From: Clostridia bacterium
Lineage (GTDB): Bacteria > Bacillota > Clostridia > Oscillospirales > Acutalibacteraceae
NCBI GenBank assembly: GCA_017522205.1
Contig: JAFWZS010000079.1
Location: forward strand, 5,928 to 69,927
Reading direction: 5' to 3'
DNA length: 64,000 nucleotides
Shown here piece after piece: positions 56,658 through 64,000 of the stretch (the stretch's first letter is position 1; each line of letters begins with the position of its first letter). The notes beneath the pieces were generated by a model. The model did no database searches. It was not told where the DNA came from and saw only the letters and a list, made by a program, of their open reading frames with translations. Both the position numbers and the translations under genes were made by a program.

Positions 56658-56678
56658 CCTAAAAAAAGGAGCAGTAAA

Positions 56679-57947
56679 ATGTTAGATATAAGACTTATCA
56701 GAGAAAATCCCGAAAAGGTAAAAGCAGCAATGAAAACAAGAAACAAGGACATGGACGCCCTTGTTGACGAAATTCTTGAAATTGACAAAAAGGTTCGTGA
56801 GCTTACTCAGAAGGCTGATGCTCTCAAGGCTCAGCAGAACGCTGCAAGCAAGGACATTCCCCGCATCAAAAAAGAAGGCGGCGACATCAGCGAAATTATG
56901 ACAAAGATGAACGCCATCAAGGAAGAGGTTAAGGTTCTTGATGCTGAAAAGGCAGTTCTCGCTGAAAAGCAGAAGACAATGATGTACGAGTTTCCCAACG
57001 TACCCAGCTCAGAGACTCCCATTGGTAAGGACGACAGCGAAAATGTTGAAATCCGCCGTTTCGGTGAGCCCAGACAGTTCGACTTTGAGCCTAAGGCACA
57101 CTGGGATATCGGTGCAGATCTCGGCATTCTCGATCCCGAAACTGCTGCAAAGGTAACAGGCACACGTTTCCACTTCTATAAGGGCCTCGGTGCAAGACTT
57201 GAAAGAGCTATAATCAGCTTTTTCCTCAACACCCACACCGAACACGGCTACACTGAGGTATTCCCTCCATTTATGGTTAACCGTGCTTCAATGACAGGTA
57301 CAGGTCAGCTTCCCAAGTTTGAGGAAGACGCATTCAAGCTTACAAACGACTACTTCCTTATTCCCACAGCTGAGGTTCCCGTAACAAATATGTTCCGTGA
57401 CGATATTCTTGACGGCGCACAGCTTCCTATGTCATTCTGCGCATATTCAGCTTGCTTCAGAGCTGAGGCAGGTTCAGCCGGCAGAGACACAAGAGGTCTT
57501 ATCAGACAGCATCAGTTCAACAAGGTTGAGCTTGTAAAATTCACGAAGCCCGAGGAAAGCTACGCAGAGCTCGAAAAGCTCACAAACGACGCAGAAAGAG
57601 TGCTTCAGCTTCTCGGTCTTCCCTACAGAGTTGTTGCTCTTTCAAGCGGTGATATCGGCTTCTCATCAGCAAAGACCTACGATATCGAAGTATGGATGCC
57701 CTCTTACGGCAGATATGTTGAAATCAGCTCCTGCTCAAACTTTGAGGACTTCCAGGCAAGACGTGCATCAATCCGTTTCAAGAACGGCCCCAAGGAAAAG
57801 GCACAGCTTGTACACACTCTTAACGGTTCAGGTGTTGCAGTAGGCAGAACAACAGCTGCAATTCTTGAAAACTATCAGAACGCTGACGGAACAGTAACAA
57901 TTCCCGAAGCTCTGGTACCCTATATGGGAACAGACATTATTAAATAA
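56679..57947 (+). CDS. serS: serine--tRNA ligase
   Basis: [15 protein letters not shown], the coiled-coil arm and class II motifs. ATG 56679 follows an AAAGGAG RBS; the track start 56532 lies in the leader. Confidence 0.95.
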   Translation: MLDIRLIRENPEKVKAAMKTRNKDMDALVDEILEIDKKVRELTQKADALKAQQNAASKDIPRIKKEGGDISEIMTKMNAIKEEVKVLDAEKAVLAEKQKTMMYEFPNVPSSETPIGKDDSENVEIRRFGEPRQFDFEPKAHWDIGADLGILDPETAAKVTGTRFHFYKGLGARLERAIISFFLNTHTEHGYTEVFPPFMVNRASMTGTGQLPKFEEDAFKLTNDYFLIPTAEVPVTNMFRDDILDGAQLPMSFCAYSACFRAEAGSAGRDTRGLIRQHQFNKVELVKFTKPEESYAELEKLTNDAERVLQLLGLPYRVVALSSGDIGFSSAKTYDIEVWMPSYGRYVEISSCSNFEDFQARRASIRFKNGPKEKAQLVHTLNGSGVAVGRTTAAILENYQNADGTVTIPEALVPYMGTDIIK

Positions 57948-58009
57948 GAAAAGTTCTTTGGGTTCCCTTTCTTACAAGAAAGGGAACGCCCGAGCGGCGA
58001 GCTCATTAA

Positions 58010-58047
58010 AGAACATAAGAAATCCCTTTATCTATAAAACTGATAAA
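58010..58047 (+). terminator. terminator hairpin after serS
   Basis: aaatccctttatc-tataaaact-gataaagggattt. A second perfect hairpin lies at 57962-57987. Confidence 0.55.
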
Positions 58048-58085
58048 GGGATTTGTTGATATCAGACGGATTTTGAGGTGAGATA

Positions 58086-58862
58086 ATGAAGCATATCAAG
58101 CTTAAAAAAAGAGGTTTCAATTATTATACTGATTATACTGAAAAGTATCTCAACGAAACGCTGGAAGCCTACGGCTATAAGCTGTCGCTGAGAAAGGATA
58201 ATGCTAAAGGAAGCTTAGTTTTCACTTTTGATGAAAGCCCGTGGTTAACTGTTTCATCACCGAGTTTTAATATGCTTTCTGATGAAGCATTGAAAGAATT
58301 CGCTGAAAATCTGGCTGAAAAATTCAAAACCGTATATGAAATTGCATCAGAAGAGCCTACGGAAAAGTTTGAAGAGAGACACGAATATTACATAACTGAC
58401 GGTGTTGGTGCAATTGACGAACCTTTTTTCATTACAGAGGGTGAACCCTGTTTCGAATGGGTGACTATGCCTTTCAGACAAAACTATAATAAGCCTTATC
58501 ATATATCGTTTCAGAATTATGGCGGCATTAAAAAGGGACTGGTTGCAGAAATCACCGTTAAAAATAAAAACGCAGAAATCAAAGATTTCGAGCTCAGGAA
58601 AATGGACAGTAACGGCGAATTTGAAGCATTTAAAACTGAGCCCATAGTTGCGGAAAAACAAAACAGTAAAATCTATAGATTTGAATTTCCTGAATATGTA
58701 ATACCTGAGGGAATCAACAGATACAGTATAAAATTGATGGCTAAGAAAAAGCAGACAGAGTGCGAAAAAAGACGGATTTATGTCAGCTTTTTACCTGTTT
58801 GTGACTATGATGAAACAGCAGATGTTACAGAGGAAATAAGGGTAAGTTTAAAAGGTTTATAA
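58086..58862 (+). CDS. hypothetical protein
   Basis: 258-aa ORF with a GAGGTGAG RBS. No family recognised. Confidence 0.45.
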   Translation: MKHIKLKKRGFNYYTDYTEKYLNETLEAYGYKLSLRKDNAKGSLVFTFDESPWLTVSSPSFNMLSDEALKEFAENLAEKFKTVYEIASEEPTEKFEERHEYYITDGVGAIDEPFFITEGEPCFEWVTMPFRQNYNKPYHISFQNYGGIKKGLVAEITVKNKNAEIKDFELRKMDSNGEFEAFKTEPIVAEKQNSKIYRFEFPEYVIPEGINRYSIKLMAKKKQTECEKRRIYVSFLPVCDYDETADVTEEIRVSLKGL

Positions 58863-58871
58863 GCTGAAATA

Positions 58872-58900
58872 TTGACTTTCTTACTACACGGTAGTATAAT
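58872..58900 (+). promoter_or_regulatory. sigma-A promoter
   Basis: TTGACT-17 nt-TATAAT. Confidence 0.6.
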
Positions 58901-59016
58901 TGAAAAAAATATTGAAAGGCAGGCGGACAAAATGTCAATGATGATGGTCAACACACAATATCGGAATGCCCTTTTGTCCTTTTACTGCTGATATTGCAGA
59001 TATTATGAGTTTAAAG

Positions 59017-59052
59017 GCATCTCCGTAAATTTCGGAGGTGCTTTATTTTTTT
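59017..59052 (+). terminator. intrinsic terminator inside 5' leader of GNAT gene (attenuator candidate)
   Basis: gcatctccg-taaattt-cggaggtgc followed by tttattttttt, ending 1 nt before the GAGGTG RBS of the GNAT gene. Confidence 0.7.
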
Positions 59053-59064
59053 GAGGTGAAATAA

Positions 59065-59616
59065 ATGATATTTGAAGAGAAAAAAATCACATTAAAAAAT
59101 GGTATAACAGCCCTGTTAAAAACACCAGAAATCAATGATGCTGAACAGCTTCTTTCTTGCATTAAAACCTCAAGCGGTGAAACAGATTTCCTTTCCCGTT
59201 ATCCTGAGGATTGGGAAGGATTTACTGTGGAAGATGAAGAAAAGTGGATTTCCGACAATCGTAATTCAAACAACAACCTTATAATTGCCTGTTACATCGA
59301 CGGTAAGGTTGTAGGTTCTTGTGATGTTACATTCTTCAGTGATACGAAAACCTCTCACAGAGCGGGTCTTGGTATTGCCATAACCAAAAAGTACTGGAAT
59401 ATGGGTATCGGTTCTGCTATGTTCAGTGAACTTATAAAAATTGCGAAAGAACACAAGGGAACAGAAATTGTTGAGCTGGAGTTTCTGCAAGGCAACGAGA
59501 GAGGCAGGGCTCTTTATGAGAAATTCGGCTTTGAAGTTGTTGCTGTAAAACCGAAAATCTGCAAATTGAAAGACGGAACATATCAGGATTTGTTTTATAT
59601 GCAGAAATATTTGTGA
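59065..59616 (+). CDS. GNAT-family N-acetyltransferase
   Basis: Acetyl-CoA motif A region (IAITKKYWNMGIGSAMF) and an RALYEKFGF tail. Confidence 0.8.
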   Translation: MIFEEKKITLKNGITALLKTPEINDAEQLLSCIKTSSGETDFLSRYPEDWEGFTVEDEEKWISDNRNSNNNLIIACYIDGKVVGSCDVTFFSDTKTSHRAGLGIAITKKYWNMGIGSAMFSELIKIAKEHKGTEIVELEFLQGNERGRALYEKFGFEVVAVKPKICKLKDGTYQDLFYMQKYL

Positions 59617-59624
59617 GGTCAACA

Positions 59625-60116
59625 ATGAACAAAGCAATCATAATCGGCTGTCCCGGGTCGGGGAAAACAACCTTTGCAGAAAAACTGCAGAAATGCACAG
59701 ACCTGCCCCTTTATTACCTTGACGCAATCTGGCATAAGCCCGACAAAACCCATATTCCGAGAGAAGAATTTGACCAAAGAATAGCGGAAATTTTTGAAAC
59801 ACCAAGGTGGATAATCGATGGAAACTATAAAAGAACAATTGAAATGCGAATGAAGCAGTGCGATACGGTTTTCCTCTTTGATTTGCCCGTTGAAATGTGT
59901 CTGCAGGGAGTGACAGACAGAGTAGGCAAGGAAAGATACGATCTGCCCTGGCTTGAAACTCAGGTTGACCCCGAATTCAGACAGTTTATTGAAGATTTCC
60001 CGAAGGATACCCTGCCGTATATCTATGAGCTGATTGAAAAATACAAAGACGATAAAAGAGTAATTATTTTTAAATCGAGAGAAGAAGCAGACGGATTTAT
60101 AGAGGAACTGAGGTAA
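59625..60116 (+). CDS. P-loop NTPase (adenylate-kinase/topology-modulation FlaR-like)
   Basis: IIIGCPGSGKTTFAEKL Walker A at the N-terminus; about 165 aa. Confidence 0.6.
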   Translation: MNKAIIIGCPGSGKTTFAEKLQKCTDLPLYYLDAIWHKPDKTHIPREEFDQRIAEIFETPRWIIDGNYKRTIEMRMKQCDTVFLFDLPVEMCLQGVTDRVGKERYDLPWLETQVDPEFRQFIEDFPKDTLPYIYELIEKYKDDKRVIIFKSREEADGFIEELR

Positions 60117-60120
60117 AAAA

Positions 60121-60555
60121 ATGCGAATAATAAAATTCGAACCCAAATACCGTGATGACCTTATATTTATGATTCTTGAAGCAAAAAACGCCCTTGGCAG
60201 AGTACCGGGGCTTAACGAGGACTTGCTCGACATTCAGAAAAACTATTTTGATAAGGGTGATATGTTCTGGGTTGCTCTTGATGAAAATGACAGAGTTATA
60301 GGCAGCGTTGGATATAACTCAGTGGAAAACAGCGATGAAGCGGTGCTTCACAGACTTTTTGTAAAAGCAAATCTAAAGCATCAGGGCATCGGTACTGCAC
60401 TTCTGAAAAATGCGGAAGAGCACCTGAAAGGGGTAGGCAAAAAGTCGGCAATTGTACATCTCGGCAACAAGGAACAGTTTTTTGAGTCGTGGCAGTTTTA
60501 TCCCAAGCACGGTTATGTTGAGTTTGAGCCGGATTATATGAGAAAAGCTTTATAA
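60121..60555 (+). CDS. GNAT-family N-acetyltransferase
   Basis: RLFVKANLKHQGIGTALL motif A; 144 aa. Confidence 0.8.
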   Translation: MRIIKFEPKYRDDLIFMILEAKNALGRVPGLNEDLLDIQKNYFDKGDMFWVALDENDRVIGSVGYNSVENSDEAVLHRLFVKANLKHQGIGTALLKNAEEHLKGVGKKSAIVHLGNKEQFFESWQFYPKHGYVEFEPDYMRKAL

Positions 60556-60631
60556 CCTTAAGAAAATCGTAAGTTTTCTCCCATTGAAAAAACACCGCCC
60601 CTTACGGTATAATAAAGGAGAGGTGAAGAAT

Positions 60632-61066
60632 ATGAAAAAGAAAATACTTATTATTGCAATCGTTCTTTTGCTCGTCGGCGGTGTTTTCAGCCTTACTATT
60701 AAGCCCGTGAGAAACAAGTTTATAGACAGTATGATTCCGCAGATTTCAAAAACCGAAAACTGCTACTACACCGATGAGGATATTGAAAGTGCAATTGAGT
60801 GCGTCAAGGAGCGCTATAAAGAGAAGGATAAAAGGGTTATCCTTCTGAGACTTTACTTTGATGAAGAAGAAAGCAAGAAAAAGCTCAACGGCTATCATCT
60901 TGCAGAAACCAATGAAAAAGAAAACTTAATCTCCCTTTTCTGCGACTTCTATGTTCTGGAGGGCTTCGGGGGATATTCAACAGGAATCTATACCGGTTGG
61001 AGTGAGATTCTCGTAAGAGAAGAGGGCACCATGAACTGGGAGCATGTTGACGGCGGATATGCATAA
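60632..61066 (+). CDS. membrane-anchored hypothetical protein
   Basis: ATG 60632 follows an AAAGGAGAGGTG RBS. N-terminal TM segment. Confidence 0.45.
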   Translation: MKKKILIIAIVLLLVGGVFSLTIKPVRNKFIDSMIPQISKTENCYYTDEDIESAIECVKERYKEKDKRVILLRLYFDEEESKKKLNGYHLAETNEKENLISLFCDFYVLEGFGGYSTGIYTGWSEILVREEGTMNWEHVDGGYA

Positions 61067-61102
61067 AAGTTAAAAGTCCTTGCTTTTTTGCAAGGACTTA
61101 AT

Positions 61103-62053
61103 TTATTCTCTGAAATTATCAAAGCCTGTTTCTATTGTAACACTTACAGGGTTTTCTCTCGACGCCATTTTGCAGATTGCGCCTCTGTATCTGCCAAGGT
61201 CAACTGCGGAAATGTTTGTGTCAAAATACTTCCCGAAGGTGTCAAGATTTTCCTGTAGGGCATCTTCGTCTTCGGGGGAGAAGGCCTCCATACCCATAAG
61301 CACCATAATGTTGGAGATGTTCTCACTTAAATCCTTTGAGCAAAGGTAAAGGAAGTACCGCATAAACATAGATGGGGTGAGATTTTGTTCACCCTTTTCA
61401 ATGATGTAGCCGAGACCTTCATAGCTGTGGCTCACTCTTTCGGGAATGTTAATGTGTACGTCACCCAAAATGTCGCAGAACTTCTGGAAGGAATCCTCAT
61501 CGCCTACAAGATAACGCTCAATGCTGATGCCTGTATGTTCACCCACAGCCCACATAAGCTGCTTTGCGCCGCCCTCACTGTAGTGGTCAATAAGGGTGCC
61601 GCTGAAATCGCCTACACTGCAGGTTATGTTTTTGTTGAGAAAGGCAATGTTCATTGTGTTTTTTTCTGAATCCAGCCTTACAACTGCAATAAGATAAACA
61701 TCACGGCTTTCCTCGGCGTTGAGAAGCAGAAGAAAGTTACCCTTGATTTCATTTTTGCTTTCAAAAAAGCCGCCCACCTTTGAAGCCTCTGTTGTTTCAA
61801 TGGGTAGGGTCGTTTCGTCCTCAGGTTTATCTGTTACCTCGGAAATAACAACGGCAATTGAAACTGCGCTGATGAGGGCAACAACAATACCGAAAGCCTT
61901 AAGAATAAATTTTTCGCTGAAATTCCTTTGAAAAAGGCTTTCAAGGTGAAGCTTTTGCAAGAATTTTTTCAAGGGTTCAAAATCGAGATTAGAAATTATA
62001 TTTTCAAGACGCTCAAAAAGAGCCTCTATTTTTTCAATCATAATAATCACCAA
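61103..62053 (-). CDS. divergent LCP-like (LytR-CpsA-Psr) protein
   Basis: A TM anchor followed by a weak LCP pattern (NFLLLL...RDVYLIAVVRLD...MNIAFL...YSEGGAKQL...ISIERYLV..DSFQKFCDILG). Confidence 0.4.
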   Translation of the reverse strand: MVIIMIEKIEALFERLENIISNLDFEPLKKFLQKLHLESLFQRNFSEKFILKAFGIVVALISAVSIAVVISEVTDKPEDETTLPIETTEASKVGGFFESKNEIKGNFLLLLNAEESRDVYLIAVVRLDSEKNTMNIAFLNKNITCSVGDFSGTLIDHYSEGGAKQLMWAVGEHTGISIERYLVGDEDSFQKFCDILGDVHINIPERVSHSYEGLGYIIEKGEQNLTPSMFMRYFLYLCSKDLSENISNIMVLMGMEAFSPEDEDALQENLDTFGKYFDTNISAVDLGRYRGAICKMASRENPVSVTIETGFDNFRE

Positions 62054-62103
62054 AGGTATTATATCATATATTGTCGTAAGGTGTCAAAGAATAATTTATA
62101 AAC

Positions 62104-62152
62104 TAAAAAGAAAATGCCATTCCGTTTCTCAGTCAGCTTATGGAATGGCATT
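62104..62152 (-). terminator. intrinsic terminator
   Basis: aatgccattcc ...18 nt... ggaatggcatt, with a T-run on the minus strand. Confidence 0.6.
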
Positions 62153-62185
62153 ATTGATTTTTGCTTTGGTTTTGTAGTTTTCTCT

Positions 62186-62545
62186 TTAGCAAAGGGTTGA
62201 CAAAATTGATTCGATAAAGCCCGTAATCATATCGAAAAGTCCGCTGAGACAGCATTCGTCTTCCTCTGCCGGTGCAGTTGTTGCGGGTGCAGCGGTGGTT
62301 GTGGTTTCGGGCGGAAGCGTTGTGGGCTCGGTGGTGGGCTCTGTGGTTGTGGGAGCTGTTGTTGTTTCAGTTGTGGTTATCTCTGTGGTTGCAACAACGG
62401 GCTGCTCCTTCATGGGCATATTGACATTGATAGCTGAAAGCACACCGATTGCATAGCCTGTTGTGAAAAGCATAACTATGGACAGAGCTATTGCGAGAGC
62501 CTTTCTCTGTACTGAAGAAAACATTCTGCCTTTTGAACTACTCAT
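62186..62545 (-). CDS. small membrane-anchored Thr/Pro-rich protein (hypothetical)
   Basis: TM segment followed by a TTEITTTETTTAPTTTEPTTEPTT low-complexity region. Confidence 0.4.
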   Translation of the reverse strand: MSSSKGRMFSSVQRKALAIALSIVMLFTTGYAIGVLSAINVNMPMKEQPVVATTEITTTETTTAPTTTEPTTEPTTLPPETTTTAAPATTAPAEEDECCLSGLFDMITGFIESILSTLC

Positions 62546-62559
62546 TTTTTTCCTTCTCC

Positions 62560-63156
62560 TTACAATGAAATAATATCTATAATATTCGGATTATCCTTAA
62601 CCATAAGTCTCTTTATGAGCATATAGGTAAGCTGGGTGACATCTTCCTTTGACATAAGATCGGGATTTTCAAGCCAGTATCTGAGAATTCCGTAAAATCC
62701 GCTTGAAAGGAACATATAGAAGAAGTCGTATCTGATTTTTTTGTCTCCTGTGTGGAAACGTTGGAAGTATTTGAAGTTGAAATCGCTGTAAATTTTGCTG
62801 ACCTTTGTGGTAAAGGACACGGAATAATTCTTATCAAAAAGCATCAGCACAGTAGCTCTTCTTTCATCGAAGATGTTTATAAGTGATTCAACTGAAACAT
62901 AGACGTTTTCAGGAAAATCTACCTTTTCAATCATTTCAAGAAGAGAGACGATTTCATTAACTACATCGTCTTCAATGCTTCTCAATAAGTCGTTGATATC
63001 TTTATAGTGGAAGTAAAAGGCGTTTCTGCTGAGCTCAGCGTGGTCACAAAGCATTTTCACCGTAATTTTATTGAAAGGATATTCTTTTGCAAGCTCCGTG
63101 AGACTGGTTTCAAAAGCCTTTTTTGTACGCTTTACGCAGCTGTATTCTTTTGGCAT
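62560..63156 (-). CDS. TetR/AcrR-family transcriptional regulator
   Basis: N-terminal HTH (FNKITVKMLCDHAELSRNAFYFHYKD). Confidence 0.8.
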   Translation of the reverse strand: MPKEYSCVKRTKKAFETSLTELAKEYPFNKITVKMLCDHAELSRNAFYFHYKDINDLLRSIEDDVVNEIVSLLEMIEKVDFPENVYVSVESLINIFDERRATVLMLFDKNYSVSFTTKVSKIYSDFNFKYFQRFHTGDKKIRYDFFYMFLSSGFYGILRYWLENPDLMSKEDVTQLTYMLIKRLMVKDNPNIIDIISL

Positions 63157-63265
63157 AATGTCATTCTCCCTTCTTTTGTTTTATTTCAAACGAAAATCTC
63201 ATAATTGTGCCTTATGGTACAATATGTGCTTTTAATATAGCACAAAGAACAAGGTTTGTCAAATT

Positions 63266-63303
63266 AATAAAAATTATGAAGCGGACAAAAAAATCCGCTT
63301 CAT
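63266..63303 (-). terminator. intrinsic terminator
   Basis: atgaagcgga-caaaaaaa-tccgcttcat. Confidence 0.6.
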
Positions 63304-63308
63304 AGAGA

Positions 63309-63449
63309 TTACTTTTTTCTTTTTTCCTCGTTTTTGATTTCTGCCTCTTTTTCTTTTGGCTTTTTAAGGTATTCTGCAATAAATTTACCCGTTTCCTTGA
63401 AGTTATAGGGGTCGGGCTGAGCCTTGTATTTGTTTTTATTTTCGTTCAT
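63309..63449 (-). CDS. small lysine-rich hypothetical protein (46 aa form)
   Basis: AAGGGTGA RBS before MNENKNKYK. Weak support; it may not be expressed. Confidence 0.3.
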   Translation of the reverse strand: MNENKNKYKAQPDPYNFKETGKFIAEYLKKPKEKEAEIKNEEKRKK

Positions 63450-63500
63450 AAATATCACCCTTAAAAGTGTTCTCAGAAAAGAGAGATTTATCATAAAAAT

Positions 63501-64000
63501 TCAGACAATTTTTTCAGAAATCATTTTTTTGTAAGTGATAAATTCATTGGTTAAAAGCAGAGCATTGCTTCGGGGCTTCGGCAGGTCAATTCTGATTTCG
63601 TCGGTGATTTTTCCCGGCTTACCCGAAAGGATATAAATTCTGTCGGAAAGGAGAATCGCCTCGTCTATGTCGTGGGTGATGAAGAGGGTTGAAAGCTTAA
63701 TTTCCTCCATAATTTTAAGATACCATTCGTGAACTGCCGTTTTTGTAATGGTGTCAAGGGCACTGAAGGGCTCATCAAGAAGCGCAACACCCTCAGAGGA
63801 AAGATAGGTGCGAAGAAATGCCGCTCTCTGTCTCATACCGCCCGAAAGCTGATGAGGGAATTTTTTCTCTGTGTTTTCCAGTCCGAAAAAAGGGAAAAGC
63901 TCAGAAGCTTTTTTATAAGCCTCTTTCTTTTTCATTCCCTTGATAATAAGAGGCAAAGCCACGTTGTGAAGAGTGGTATAGTAGGGGAGAAGCAGATCCT
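63501..64000 (-). CDS. ABC transporter ATP-binding protein (NitT/TauT-like), C-terminal part; 5' end beyond window
   Basis: LSGGMRQRAAFLRT signature, LLDEPFSALD Walker B and the ITHD H-loop. The reading frame stays open to the window edge. Confidence 0.8.
   Translation of the reverse strand, partial: DLLLPYYTTLHNVALPLIIKGMKKKEAYKKASELFPFFGLENTEKKFPHQLSGGMRQRAAFLRTYLSSEGVALLDEPFSALDTITKTAVHEWYLKIMEEIKLSTLFITHDIDEAILLSDRIYILSGKPGKITDEIRIDLPKPRSNALLLTNEFITYKKMISEKIV

Noticed and set aside
56335-56678. Two overlapping minus-strand ORFs (95-97 aa) and a 49-codon N-terminal extension of serS (track start 56532)
   Set aside because: They lie in the inverted-repeat-rich leader, overlap each other in different frames, and lack RBSs. 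serS has a canonical AAAGGAG-ATG start at 56679 with the normal MLDIRLIR N-terminus.
56385-56678. T-box riboswitch upstream of serS
   Set aside because: It was expected by analogy with trpS. However, none of the conserved elements (AGAGA/GA motif, F-box CCGTTA, T-box GGGTGGTACCGCG, U-tailed terminator) is present. The region is reported as unassigned structure instead.
59619-60233. 204-aa minus-strand ORF. Similar long antisense ORFs occur at 52702-53175, 47532-47966, 11563-12021, 54162-54617, 18952-19431, 17223-17663 and 2652-3281.
   Set aside because: Each lies opposite a confidently assigned gene with clear family motifs. They have low-complexity or atypical composition and no RBS, so they are shadow ORFs.

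Overview
Low-GC Firmicutes (Clostridia-like) chromosomal segment that contains the replication origin. From 0 to 37.9 kb it holds housekeeping and envelope genes: a truncated EPS-type sugar transferase, a GPH symporter, the YfhO-CapA-birA operon, Fe-ADH, tRNA-Arg(ACG), ABC-F, a phosphoesterase, a PatB-like lyase, queH, a flavin reductase-rubredoxin fusion, CotH, trpS behind a Trp T-box, glyQS, a DRTGG/HATPase/[FeFe]-hydrogenase-like/DRTGG/PHP cluster, mtnN, MATE, a DtxR-type regulator, an AT-rich XRE+SLOG islet, nth and ogg. From 38 kb onward all genes are on the plus strand: dnaA-dnaN-yaaA-recF-remB-gyrB-(2 YcxB-like)-gyrA, LCP, thioesterase, HAD, mnmG-rsmG-noc-like-parA-parB, serS and a GNAT/P-loop/GNAT cluster. 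After that come minus-strand LCP-like, TetR and a truncated ABC ATPase. Origin features are readable. There is a TTTTCAACA-type DnaA-box cluster followed by a GC cluster, five CTA trios and an AT-rich tract just upstream of dnaN. A perfect parS lies immediately after mnmG. No transposase, integrase, CRISPR or rRNA was seen. The most unusual content is an interspersed family of palindromic intergenic elements with AAAGTT/GAGTT hexamer-repeat arms and a shared core. One copy encloses a four-helix-bundle (23S-IVS/Avd-like) gene and at least five copies lack an ORF. A second four-helix-bundle cassette is bounded by a 43-bp duplication of the tRNA-Arg terminator. Other unexplained structures are a GC-rich perfect four-way-junction palindrome at 21.4 kb, a 270-nt multi-helix region upstream of serS where a T-box would be expected, and a promoter-leader-terminator unit upstream of a GNAT gene.
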